DNA of 59,036 nucleotides from Pseudomonadales bacterium (GTDB lineage Bacteria; Pseudomonadota; Gammaproteobacteria; Pseudomonadales; Azotimanducaceae): the NCBI GenBank assembly GCA_036351675.1, contig JAZBPO010000255.1, positions 1-59,036 on the forward strand, given 5' to 3'. The notes beneath the pieces were generated by a model, which saw only the letters and a program-made list of their open reading frames with translations, ran no database searches and was not told where the DNA came from. This document shows positions 20,291 to 29,570 of the stretch, piece by piece. The position numbers were made by a program, and so were the translations under genes. How positions within the stretch are numbered: position 1 is the stretch's first letter; the number at the start of each line of letters is the position of its first letter.

Positions 20291-22633
20291 ATGCTCGAAG
20301 ACCATCCCGAGGCGGCGTGGCCGCGCATCGAGGACCGCCTTCCGATCAACGTCAGCCGCCGAGGCTTCCTCGCGAGTGCCGGCGCCGGCGCCTTCGTGCT
20401 CGGTCTCGGCCTGCACAGCGCACCTGCCCGCGCCGATGCCACGGCTGGCGGCATCACCATGACCAAGGGCGGCGACATGACGCCGTCGCTGTTCATCGCC
20501 CTCGATGCGGACGGCACCGTCACGCTCACCTGCCACCGTTCGGAGATGGGCCAGCAGACCTGGACCGCCATGGCGCAGCTCCTGGCCGACGAGCTCGAAG
20601 CGGACTGGGACCGCCTGGCCATCGAGCAGGCGGTCGGCGACGCGAAGTATGGCGATCAGAACACGGACGGCTCCCGCTCCGTGCGCTGGAACTTCCACCG
20701 CCTGCGCGTGGCCGGTGCGGCCATGCGCACGATGCTCGAGCGCGCCGCGGCCGAGCAGTGGGGCGTCGACCCCGCGCAGTGCCGCGCCGCAGCGCACCAG
20801 GTGCGTGGGCCCGGCGGCCGAACCATCGGCTACGGCGATCTGGCCGGGGCGGCTGCGTCGCAGGCCGTACCGTCAGAGGGCGACATCACGCTCAAGTCCC
20901 GTGACCAGTGGCGTTACATCGGCAAGGCCGTGCCCTCGCTGACCGTGCCCTCGATCGTGGCAGGTCGCGGGACCTTCGGTATCGACGTGCGTCTGCCCGA
21001 CATGCTCGTCGCCGTGGTCGCGAGGCCGCCGCAGGTGTTCGGCAGCGTCCGTTCCTTCGACGACGCCGACACGCTCGCCACGCCGGGCGTCGTGCGGACT
21101 GTGCAGCTGCCGAAGCTCGAAGCACCCGCCGGCTTCAAGGCGCTCGGCGGCGTCGCCGTCGTCGGCCGGGACACCTGGGCGGCCATCTCCGGCCGGAACG
21201 CCCTGAGAGTCGACTGGGACGAGGGCCCGAATGCCGGGCACGACTCGGCCACCTACGCGGAGGCGATGCGCGAGACCGCACGTTCGCCCGGCGAGGTGCG
21301 CCGTGCGCGCGGCGACGTCGACGGCGCGCTCGCCGCCGCCGCCACGCGCATCGAGGCGGACTACCATGTCCCGCACCTCTCCCAGTCGCCCATGGAGCCG
21401 CCGTCGGCCACCGCGCGCTGGCAGGACGGCAAGGTGGAGTGCTGGGCCTGCGTGCAGGCGCCCCAGGCGACGCGCGCGGCCGTCGCCGAAGCCTGTGGCG
21501 TGCCCGAGTCCGACGTCACGATCAACGTCACCTGGCTCGGCGGCGGCTTCGGCCGCAAGTCGAAGCCCGACTTCGTCATCGAGGCAGCCCTCGTCGCCCG
21601 CGCCGTGGGCCGGCCCGTGAAGGTGACCTGGACGCGTGAGGACGAGGTCCGCCACGGCTACTACCATTCGGTCAGCGCCCAGCATCTGGAGGGCGGCCTC
21701 GACGCCGAGGGCCGCTGCACGGCGTTCCTGCACCGGACCGTGTTCCCGACGATCTCCTCGACCTTCGTCGCGGGCGAGACGCGCCCCTCCTGGGGCGAGC
21801 TGCGCCTGGGCGCCTCGGACAATCCCTTCGCCGTACCGAATCTGCGTCTGGAGACGGGCGATGCGGCGGCGCACGTGCGCATCGGCTGGCTGCGCTCCGT
21901 GGCGAACGTCTATCACGCCTTCGCCATCCAGAGCTTCGCCGCGGAACTGGCCCATGCCGCCGGCCGCGACCAGAAGGACTACCTGCTCGAGCTCATCGGT
22001 CCGCCGCGGATCGTCGATCCGCGCGAGGAGGGCGCCGAGTACGACAACTACGGCGATCCCTTCGACGAATACCCGATCGACACCGGGCGCCTCGCGCACG
22101 TGACGCGTGAGGCGGCGGCGCTCGCCGGCTGGGGGCGGTCCCTGCCGAAGGGGCACGGCCTGGGTATCGCCGCGCACCGCTCGTTCCTGAGCTACGTGGC
22201 GACGGTGGTCGAGGTGGCCGTCGACGAGGACGGGCGCCTGTCGATCGAGGGCGTGTGGTCGGTCATGGACGCCGGCACGGTCGTCAATCCGGGCCATGTC
22301 CGGGCGCAGGTCGAGGGCGGCACGATCTTCGGTCTGTCCAACGCCCTCTACGGCGCGATCACCGCGAAGGACGGCGCCATCGAGCAGGCCAACTTCCCGG
22401 ACTGGCGAGTGATGCGCATGCGCGAGGCGCCGCGTGCGGTCGAGGTGAAGATCATCGAGAGCGACGCGCCGCCTGGGGGAGTCGGCGAGCCGCCGACCCC
22501 CCCGGCCGCGCCGGCCCTCGCCAACGCGATCTTCGCCGCGACGGGCCTGCGCATCCGTGAACTGCCGGTGTTCGGCAGCGGCGGCGACGATCGCCTGCCC
22601 GTCGAGGATGCAGACGAAGGAGCCACGGCATGA
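20291..22633 (+). CDS. Molybdopterin-binding subunit of a xanthine dehydrogenase/aldehyde oxidase family enzyme (IorB-like), Tat signal
   Basis: ATG 20291 gives MLEDHP...[18 protein letters not shown], a twin-arginine leader. The body is a long aldehyde-oxidase-like region. It is coupled to the next gene by an ATGA overlap. Confidence 0.9.
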   Translation: MLEDHPEAAWPRIEDRLPINVSRRGFLASAGAGAFVLGLGLHSAPARADATAGGITMTKGGDMTPSLFIALDADGTVTLTCHRSEMGQQTWTAMAQLLADELEADWDRLAIEQAVGDAKYGDQNTDGSRSVRWNFHRLRVAGAAMRTMLERAAAEQWGVDPAQCRAAAHQVRGPGGRTIGYGDLAGAAASQAVPSEGDITLKSRDQWRYIGKAVPSLTVPSIVAGRGTFGIDVRLPDMLVAVVARPPQVFGSVRSFDDADTLATPGVVRTVQLPKLEAPAGFKALGGVAVVGRDTWAAISGRNALRVDWDEGPNAGHDSATYAEAMRETARSPGEVRRARGDVDGALAAAATRIEADYHVPHLSQSPMEPPSATARWQDGKVECWACVQAPQATRAAVAEACGVPESDVTINVTWLGGGFGRKSKPDFVIEAALVARAVGRPVKVTWTREDEVRHGYYHSVSAQHLEGGLDAEGRCTAFLHRTVFPTISSTFVAGETRPSWGELRLGASDNPFAVPNLRLETGDAAAHVRIGWLRSVANVYHAFAIQSFAAELAHAAGRDQKDYLLELIGPPRIVDPREEGAEYDNYGDPFDEYPIDTGRLAHVTREAAALAGWGRSLPKGHGLGIAAHRSFLSYVATVVEVAVDEDGRLSIEGVWSVMDAGTVVNPGHVRAQVEGGTIFGLSNALYGAITAKDGAIEQANFPDWRVMRMREAPRAVEVKIIESDAPPGGVGEPPTPPAAPALANAIFAATGLRIRELPVFGSGGDDRLPVEDADEGATA

Positions 22634-23082
22634 CGATCCGGTTGAGCATCAACGGCGAGCGCCACGAACTCGACGTCGAGGAAGGAACGCCTCTGCTCTG
22701 GGTCCTGCGTGACCGGCTCGGGCTGACGGGTACGAAGTTCGGCTGCGGCGTCGCGCAGTGCGGAGCCTGCACGGTCCACGTGGACGGTGAGCCGCGCCGG
22801 TCCTGCTCGACGCCCGTGGGCAGCATCGGTGAGGCCGAGGTGACGACCATCGAGGGAGTCCAGGGGCCGGTCGCGGACGCGGTGCGCGAAGCCTGGATCG
22901 CGATCGACGTGCCGCAGTGCGGCTACTGCCAGTCCGGGCAGATCATGTCGGCGATCGCGCTGCTCGCGTCCGACCCGGATCCGAGCGACGAAGCCATCGA
23001 CGCAGGCATGTCCGGCAATCTCTGCCGCTGCGGGACCTATCCGCGGATCCGTGCGGCGATCAGGAACGCGGCGGACGGCTGA
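22630..23082 (+). CDS. (2Fe-2S)-binding small subunit (IorA/CoxS-like)
   Basis: Cys clusters [11 protein letters not shown] and [11 protein letters not shown]...CRCGTY are present. The product is 150 aa. Confidence 0.95.
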   Translation: MTIRLSINGERHELDVEEGTPLLWVLRDRLGLTGTKFGCGVAQCGACTVHVDGEPRRSCSTPVGSIGEAEVTTIEGVQGPVADAVREAWIAIDVPQCGYCQSGQIMSAIALLASDPDPSDEAIDAGMSGNLCRCGTYPRIRAAIRNAADG

Positions 23083-23130
23083 AGGGCGCCGCCGGGCCGC
23101 GCAGCGCGTCGGACCGGGGATGGAGGGGGC

Positions 23131-23661
23131 TCATCTGCCCCGGGCGCTGGCGGCGCCGCCGAGACTGAAGACCCCCTCGCGATCGATCCGGATGGCGCGG
23201 CGGATCCCCTGGAGCGACAGCTTGGTGTCGAGGCGGTAGGGAATGCTCCCGTCGCCGGGGTCGGTCATGAGGTCGCGCAGCAGCGAGAGGGAGCCGAGCA
23301 TGCCCGCGGCGACCTCCACGTTCGCCACGCTCTCGCTGTAGGCGCCGACGTCCAGCCCCTCGTTGCTCACACCCGACAGGACCTTGGAGTCCCGCAGGAA
23401 CAGGTCGAAGGCCATGCCGTCGAGGAGCAGCGGAACGGGGTTGGGGTTGACCACGCGCAGCCGGACCAGAAAGCGCGCCTCCATGCCTCGCACCGGCAGC
23501 GGCTCCAGACCGAGGAGTTCCACGTCGGGCTCGTCGAAGCCGGCCAGCTCGCCCAGATTCGCGCAGCTGCCGAGGAGCAGCATCAGCACCAGGGCAGGGA
23601 CGCGCAGCGCTGGATGCGGCCCGCGCCGCTTCCGGATCCGATGAATCTCTGGCTCGCGCAT
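23131..23661 (-). CDS. LEA type-2 / NDR1-HIN1-like (LEA_2) lipoprotein
   Basis: Signal plus lipobox-like LLLGSC. This is followed by a beta-sandwich-like region (RLRVVNPNPVPLLLDGMAFDLFL). Confidence 0.7.
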   Translation of the reverse strand: MREPEIHRIRKRRGPHPALRVPALVLMLLLGSCANLGELAGFDEPDVELLGLEPLPVRGMEARFLVRLRVVNPNPVPLLLDGMAFDLFLRDSKVLSGVSNEGLDVGAYSESVANVEVAAGMLGSLSLLRDLMTDPGDGSIPYRLDTKLSLQGIRRAIRIDREGVFSLGGAASARGR

Positions 23662-23928
23662 GGGCTGGATGTCCGGTGGAAGCGTCCGGTGGAAGCGATG
23701 ACAGCCCGGCTCGAACGGCCGCCTTGCCGTTCCGGGCCCTTCTCGCGGTCGGGTTGCGCAGGATCATCACGCAGGTCGCGTGCCGGAACCAGTAGCGGGT
23801 GATCCCGGTGGGTCAGTACGGAGGACGCTCACCTCGGAAGTCCAGTGGAATCAGGACCTCGCACCGCCGGCTCGCGTCGGTGTCCATGGAGCTTCCGGGG
23901 AGCTGCTTGCGGCGGGAGCCATGAGTGG

Positions 23929-24060
23929 ATGTCGTCCATGAGAAGCATGGCCATTGCCGTGATGCTCGCGGCCTCGCTGTTCGCAACGGGACCGGGCTGC
24001 TCTGCCGAGAAGGCTCCGGAAGACCTCAGGCAGCCGCTGCAGCGCCAGAAGTGCGAGTGA
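23929..24060 (+). CDS. Possible 43-aa secreted or lipoprotein-like peptide (speculative)
   Basis: MSSMRSMAIAVMLAASLFATGPGCSAEK..., with GGGAG about 11 nt upstream. It lies in an otherwise empty 675-bp gap. The lipobox is atypical. Confidence 0.2.
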   Translation: MSSMRSMAIAVMLAASLFATGPGCSAEKAPEDLRQPLQRQKCE

Positions 24061-24335
24061 GCCGGCGCGGCTGAATCTCGACTCCTTCGCGAGCGCCTGC
24101 GGTTCGAGGCCACCCTGCGAAGCCTCGTTGCGGTTCTACGTCGGCAGCAATCCAGCTCCGAGATCGCTCGAGGGAAGCATGGCGTCGATCGGTAGCGCAG
24201 GAGTGCGACGCGACGCGCGAGCCGCGCGGGTGGTGGGGTCTGATCGTCGGAAGTGGAAGCGGACGGGCGACGCCGCTGAGCGCCGCCCGACCGGATACTA
24301 CGAAACACCGCTGGGTGCGGCGATCGGAGGCTGGT

Positions 24336-25118
24336 TCAGAAGGTGTAGCGCACACCCACTTCGTAGATGAACGACTCGACTTCGATGTCGAAGCTCGCGT
24401 TCAGGAGCGGCGAGTTCAGCGACGCCTCTTCCATCACGCGGTAGCGGATGCCGCCGGTGGCTTCGAGGTTCTCCGTGAAGCCGTAGGCCACGCCGCCCAT
24501 GACCTGGTAGGTGAGGACGTCGTCATCGTCGTCGATGATGCCCACGCCGGAAGGCGCATACTCGACTTCGACGTTCGCGGTACCGATGCCCACGCCGACG
24601 TAAGGCGTCCAGGCGGACCCGGTGTCGAAGTCGTAGAAGCCATTCACGTAGAACGCGGACGTCTCGACTTCGCCGCGGCCGTCTGCGACGAGCGCGCCCA
24701 CGCTCGTGCCGAGATCACCGACGTTGCCGGTGAGCAGCACACCGGCGTCGATGGCGTCGAGGGCAATGCCTCCTGCGACCACACCGCCATGCGTGTCCAC
24801 GTCGTTGCTTGCGCCGGCGTACTCGAGCTCGATGCGGAAGTTGTCGAGGCGCACGCCACCGGCGATGCCGAAGGCCGTGCCCGAGTCGAGTTCGGTGGTC
24901 CAGCCGACGGCCTGGCCCGCGGGAATCACGAGGGGCGGGGTCACGCCCGTGACCTCACCGGTCGTGAAGTCCTGCGTGAAGGTGCCGTCGTTGCTGAGGT
25001 CGTCCGTGTCGGCGAGGCCGAGGCTGCCGCTGACGTAGAACTCGGCCGCGCTGGCGCCGGCCGTCGTACCGAGGGCGATGGCGAAGGCGAGCGTGTTGCG
25101 AAGCATGGGCTTCTTCAT
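24336..25118 (-). CDS. Outer-membrane beta-barrel protein (OmpW/OMP_b-brl-like)
   Basis: Internal ATG 25118 gives MKKPMLRNTLAFAIALGTTAGASA. Amphipathic strands alternate and the C-terminus ends in ...VGVRYTF. Confidence 0.8.
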   Translation of the reverse strand: MKKPMLRNTLAFAIALGTTAGASAAEFYVSGSLGLADTDDLSNDGTFTQDFTTGEVTGVTPPLVIPAGQAVGWTTELDSGTAFGIAGGVRLDNFRIELEYAGASNDVDTHGGVVAGGIALDAIDAGVLLTGNVGDLGTSVGALVADGRGEVETSAFYVNGFYDFDTGSAWTPYVGVGIGTANVEVEYAPSGVGIIDDDDDVLTYQVMGGVAYGFTENLEATGGIRYRVMEEASLNSPLLNASFDIEVESFIYEVGVRYTF

Positions 25119-25358
25119 GGGATTCTCCTGTGGGGGGAGGAAGAAAGAGTCGATCGACTCGCCCGTCGTACTGGGCAGGCGCAGGATGTTCTCCGAGCGG
25201 TGAAGGGCGTGTGAAGCGCGCGCCGACTCGGCAGGGACCACGCTGCGGAATGTGACGGCGATCGCGATGTCGCGGCCGGGGCCCGGAAGCGGGAGAAGCC
25301 GTGCCGGGCAGGCACGGAAGGACTCCCTCGAACTCTCGAGAGCGGGCTCCAGCCTTCG

Positions 25359-26660
25359 CTACGCGCGCCGTCGATCCCCAGCGATCGAGCGCACCGCGTC
25401 GGCGAAGCGATCGAGCTCCGAAAGGCTGGTGTAGATGCTGGGGCTCACGCGCAGCCCCGAACATTCCGGGTGGTTGATCGCGACGCTGATGATGCGGTGC
25501 TCGTTCCAGAGGCGGTCGCGCAGCTCGACGGGCGTCACGCCATCGACCACCAGGTTGGCGATGCCGCAGGCGCGGCCGGGCTTCAGACTGGTGTTCAGAC
25601 TGATGCCGGGATCGTCGATGAGCTGGTTCACCCAGTAGTCGCGCAGGTAGATCAGGCGGGCCTCCTTGCGCGCGGGCCCTATGCCCTGATGGAAGCTTAG
25701 CGCTTCCCCGATCGCCAGATAGGGCGCTTCCGGGTGGGTTCCGATCTCCTCGAACTTGCGGATGTCCGCATCCTGCCGCTCCGGCGCCGCCATCAGGGGC
25801 CAGATGTCCCGGATCTTGTCCCGCCTCACGTAGAGCATGCCCGTCCCGTGCGGGGCGAAGAGCCACTTGTGGAGACTGGTGGAGTAGTTGTCGACGTCCA
25901 GCTCACCGATGCTGAAGTCGAAGTGCGCCAGCGCATGGGCGCCATCGATCACGAGCGGTATGCCGCGTGCGCGTGCCATCGCCGTCAGCTCGCTCACGGG
26001 AAGGATCTGTCCCGTGAGGTTCACCATGTGGCAGGCGAGGATCATGCGGGTTCGCGGCGTGATCGCCTCCTCGAAGCGACGCACGACCTCGGCGGTGTCC
26101 TCGGCGGGGACCGGGATCCTGATCTGCCTGAGCACGATGCCTTCGCGTCGCACGCGCTGCTTGAAGGTGGTGATCATGCGTCCGTAGTCCTGCGTCGTGG
26201 TCAGGACCTCGTCGCCCGGCTTCAGGTCGATGCCGAACTGCATGGTCTGCAGGCTCTCCGAGGCATTGCGCGTGAAGGCCACTTCTTCCGTGTCCACACC
26301 CCACTGACGGGCCATGCGCTGACGAACCGCCTCTCGCTGCGGTTTGAGGATCTGCCACATGGTGTAGGTGGGTGCCAGGTTCGAGTAGTCCTGGTGGCGC
26401 TTCATCGCTGCCTGAACCAGCCCCGGCGCGGGGCTCACACCCCCGTTGTTCAGATTGACCAGGGAGCGGTCCACGGTGAAGGCGTTCTGCACCTCGAACC
26501 AGAAGGCCTCGTCCGCGGCCGTGCTGGCGGCGTCGGCGGCGTGCGTCGAAAGGTTCGCGGCGATGGCCGCTGCATTCGCGTTGAGCTGGGTAGGGAAGAA
26601 GGTGCCGGCCGCGAGGGCGGGCGCGGACATCAACTGCAGGAAGCGTCGTCGATTCTGCAT
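25359..26660 (-). CDS. Class V aminotransferase-fold PLP-dependent enzyme with twin-arginine signal
   Basis: ATG 26660 with a GGAG RBS. The Tat-like leader is MQNRRRFLQLMSAPALAAGTF. The PLP-lysine motif is TSLHKWLFAPHGTG. Confidence 0.85.
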   Translation of the reverse strand: MQNRRRFLQLMSAPALAAGTFFPTQLNANAAAIAANLSTHAADAASTAADEAFWFEVQNAFTVDRSLVNLNNGGVSPAPGLVQAAMKRHQDYSNLAPTYTMWQILKPQREAVRQRMARQWGVDTEEVAFTRNASESLQTMQFGIDLKPGDEVLTTTQDYGRMITTFKQRVRREGIVLRQIRIPVPAEDTAEVVRRFEEAITPRTRMILACHMVNLTGQILPVSELTAMARARGIPLVIDGAHALAHFDFSIGELDVDNYSTSLHKWLFAPHGTGMLYVRRDKIRDIWPLMAAPERQDADIRKFEEIGTHPEAPYLAIGEALSFHQGIGPARKEARLIYLRDYWVNQLIDDPGISLNTSLKPGRACGIANLVVDGVTPVELRDRLWNEHRIISVAINHPECSGLRVSPSIYTSLSELDRFADAVRSIAGDRRRA

Positions 26661-26948
26661 GGAGGCTCCGGCGGCGGTTGCGACAAGGGAAGCTAAGGCT
26701 CCCCAGCGGTGTGTGTCCAATGCGCACGGCGCGATGAGAGCGCTACTGGCGGTAACGCCGCTCCCATGCTGCGCGCTACTGCGCCGCCACGAACGTCCTC
26801 CGCGCAGGCCGCTTCGACAGGCGAATGCTGCGTCGATCCCCGTTCCGGGGAAGCTCGGGATCCGGCATCTGAACTGTCGGATGTTCCGGGTGGGCGCGGC
26901 ATTTTCGGCCCGGCGCGCCGAAGTGCGCGAACACCGGACTCCGACCGT

Positions 26949-27257
26949 TCACTCCAGGCCGGCCCGCCTGACGATCCCGTGCCCATCGAGTTCGATCACG
27001 CAGCGATGGCGGCCGAGATTCCAGGCGCTGTCGACGAGAATCGTCACGGCCGTCGCGCGCGTCCGTCGCTCGCGGCGCAGGAAGTGTGCCGTGTCGAGCT
27101 GCCGGATGACGCTGCGCTCCGCGGTCCCGGGGGTGAAGTTGGCGCAGAGGTAGACCACTTCCTTGCGCGCCTCGTCCCAGACGAAGGCCGCGGAGCTGGC
27201 GGCCAGCAGGAGCGCGACGGCGCCGAGGGCGATCGGGGTGCGGCGGCGGAAGGCCAT
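26949..27257 (-). CDS. Small membrane-anchored or secreted hypothetical protein
   Basis: 102 aa with an N-terminal hydrophobic segment (PIALGAVALLLAASSAAF). It sits between two same-strand genes. Confidence 0.45.
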   Translation of the reverse strand: MAFRRRTPIALGAVALLLAASSAAFVWDEARKEVVYLCANFTPGTAERSVIRQLDTAHFLRRERRTRATAVTILVDSAWNLGRHRCVIELDGHGIVRRAGLE

Positions 27258-27298
27258 GGTTCTCTCGTCGCGGCGAAGGCTGCGTCCCCGGACGCGCG

Positions 27299-28234
27299 TC
27301 AGTCGCGGCCGGCTGCGGCGCGCCCCTTCGCCAGCGCGTCAGCGGGGGCCGGCGAGATGCCCGCGTCGTTCCAGTAGCCGATGGTCACGAAGTCCCAGCC
27401 GTCCTCGATGTAGCCCTCGACGGTCGACGGCCCGGTGGTCAGGCCACAGGGTACGTCGTTGGCCTTGCAGGCCGCGAGGACACGGGCGAGGGCATCCTGC
27501 ATCACCGGCGTGTCGTTGCCGCGGACGCCGTAGCTGAGGGCGAGATCGGCCGGCCCCACGAAGATGCCGCCGACGCCGGGGACGGCCGCGATCTCCTCGA
27601 TGTTCTCGACGCCTTCGGCGTTCTCGATCTGCAGCACGGCGAGGAGATCACCGTCCGGGTCGAGCGGCCAGGTGTCGGCGCGCTGGAAATAGTCGTCCAC
27701 GCCCCAGAGCCACGCCGCGAGGCCAGGCGAGGAGCCGCGGACGCCGCGCGGCTCCGGCTGCGCGTCGCCCTGCTGCGGCGGATAGCGCATGGCGGTCACG
27801 GCGTTCTCCGCTTCCTCGGCGGTGGCGATGAACGGGAACAGGACGCCGAAGGCGCCGATGTCCAGTACCTGCTTGACGAGGAACTGGAGCTTCTCGCGGC
27901 CGTACATGGGGATGCGCACGATCGGCGTGACGTCCATCTGCGCGTTGCCCTTCTCGAGCATGCGGCGCTTGTCCTGCATGCCGAGCAGGAAGGCGCGCAG
28001 CGTCTCCATGTCGAAGGGCGTGTGCTCCATGTCGATGAACACGAAATCGAGCTCGGAGCGGGCGAGGGCGCGCGCGTTCGTGAGCGAGAAGTCGGAGCTG
28101 AACAGGCCGAACACGGCGTCGCCCTGCTCCAGCGTCTCGACGGTGCGGTTCATGTGCACGTGCTCGGCGGCGGCCGCGCTGACGGCGAGCGCGACCAGCG
28201 CCGAGGCGGCGACCGCGCGAAGGAACTGCTTCAT
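27299..28234 (-). CDS. HpcH/HpaI aldolase family protein with N-terminal signal peptide
   Basis: The leader is MKQFLRAVAASALVALAVSAAAAEH. The aldolase core shows LDFVFIDMEHTPFD and VRIP...VKQVLDIGAFGVLFPFI. GAGGTGA serves as the RBS. Confidence 0.8.
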   Translation of the reverse strand: MKQFLRAVAASALVALAVSAAAAEHVHMNRTVETLEQGDAVFGLFSSDFSLTNARALARSELDFVFIDMEHTPFDMETLRAFLLGMQDKRRMLEKGNAQMDVTPIVRIPMYGREKLQFLVKQVLDIGAFGVLFPFIATAEEAENAVTAMRYPPQQGDAQPEPRGVRGSSPGLAAWLWGVDDYFQRADTWPLDPDGDLLAVLQIENAEGVENIEEIAAVPGVGGIFVGPADLALSYGVRGNDTPVMQDALARVLAACKANDVPCGLTTGPSTVEGYIEDGWDFVTIGYWNDAGISPAPADALAKGRAAAGRD

Positions 28235-28311
28235 GGCTTCACCTCGGATGCGATCGTGGCGCAGGGACGTCGGCGGCGCATGGGCGCGCCGCCGACGGAG
28301 GGGCGCGCGGA

Positions 28312-29490
28312 TCAGAGCTCCGCGGCGGGCCAGGGCGTGCCCTGCTGCGAGGCCGTCACCGGGGCCATGCCCTGGTAGACGAACTTCTGCAGGCGCTTAC
28401 CCTCGTAGGTCTCGGTCGTGTAGAGGTTGCCCTTGGAGTCCACGGCGACGCTGTGAACGCCGAAGAACTGGCCCGGCTGACGGCCACCGGCGCCGAAGGT
28501 CGTGACGATCTCCAGCGTCTCGCGGAGGATCACGTAGACGCGCTGGTTCTTGCCGTCGACGAGGTAGATCCAGGTCTGCTCCTCGTCCTTCGAGAAGTCG
28601 AGATCCCAGACCGAACCGTCGCCGAGCGTCTCCGGCGCGATGAAGGCCTCCTCGACGAACTCGCCTTCGCGCGTGAACACCTGGATGCGGTTGTTCACGC
28701 GGTCGCAGACGTAGACGAGGCCGTCGCGGGTCGGCTGCGCGCAGTGGACGGGATTACGGAACTGCGGGGCCGGCTCGGCGTCCGGATCGTAGCGGCCGAG
28801 GTCCTCGTCCGAGGGTTCGTTGCCGTAGGCGCCCCAGAACCGGAGCATCTCACCGGAGGCGACGTCGAGGACGGCGACGCGCTTGTGGGAGTAGCCGTCG
28901 GCCACGTAGGCGAGGTTGTGCTCGGCGTCGATGGAGACCTCGGCGACGCGGCCGAAATGCTGCGTGCTGTTCGAGTCCACGGGCATGCCGGGCTTGCCGT
29001 ACTGGGCGATGAACTTGCCGTCCCGCGTGAACTTGAGGATGTGGGCGTCGTTGCGGCCGTTGCCGCCTATCCAGACGTTGTCCTCGTGATCGACGGTGAT
29101 GCCGTGATTCGACTCGGGCCAGTCGTAGCCGTCGGCCGGACCGCCCCACCAGTTCACCAGATTGCCCTCGGGGTCGAATTCGAGGACGTTCGGCGCCGGC
29201 TTGCAGCAGTAGCCGGTGGGCGGCTCCGTGGAGGCGCCGACTTCGAGGCGCGCATTGAGCGACTGCGGCCGGTGGGTGATGAATACGTGATCGCGCGAGT
29301 CGATGCTGATGCCGATCGCGGAGCCGAGCAGCCAGTCGTTCGGCAGCGGCTTCGGCCAGAAAGGGTCGACCTCGAATCTCGGCGCCATGACGCTGGCTGC
29401 CTCGATCCGATCCCCGACGACGCCCTGCGCGAACCAGAGTCCTGCGATGGCGAACAGAGCGGCGACGCCGCCCGCTAATCCGCGTTTCAT
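28312..29490 (-). CDS. NHL-repeat beta-propeller protein (peptidyl-alpha-hydroxyglycine amidating lyase-like), N-terminal anchor or signal
   Basis: Internal ATG 29490 gives MKRGLAGGVAALFAIAGLWFA. NHL-like blades include NNRIQVFTREGEF and GQFFGVHSVAVDSKGNLY. Confidence 0.75.
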   Translation of the reverse strand: MKRGLAGGVAALFAIAGLWFAQGVVGDRIEAASVMAPRFEVDPFWPKPLPNDWLLGSAIGISIDSRDHVFITHRPQSLNARLEVGASTEPPTGYCCKPAPNVLEFDPEGNLVNWWGGPADGYDWPESNHGITVDHEDNVWIGGNGRNDAHILKFTRDGKFIAQYGKPGMPVDSNSTQHFGRVAEVSIDAEHNLAYVADGYSHKRVAVLDVASGEMLRFWGAYGNEPSDEDLGRYDPDAEPAPQFRNPVHCAQPTRDGLVYVCDRVNNRIQVFTREGEFVEEAFIAPETLGDGSVWDLDFSKDEEQTWIYLVDGKNQRVYVILRETLEIVTTFGAGGRQPGQFFGVHSVAVDSKGNLYTTETYEGKRLQKFVYQGMAPVTASQQGTPWPAAEL

Positions 29491-29570
29491 GTCTCTCTCC
29501 CCCAGTGATGCGTGGTGCCTCTCCGCGCCCGAGTATACTCGCACGCCTTCCTGCTGTTGCCGGTGTCGCC

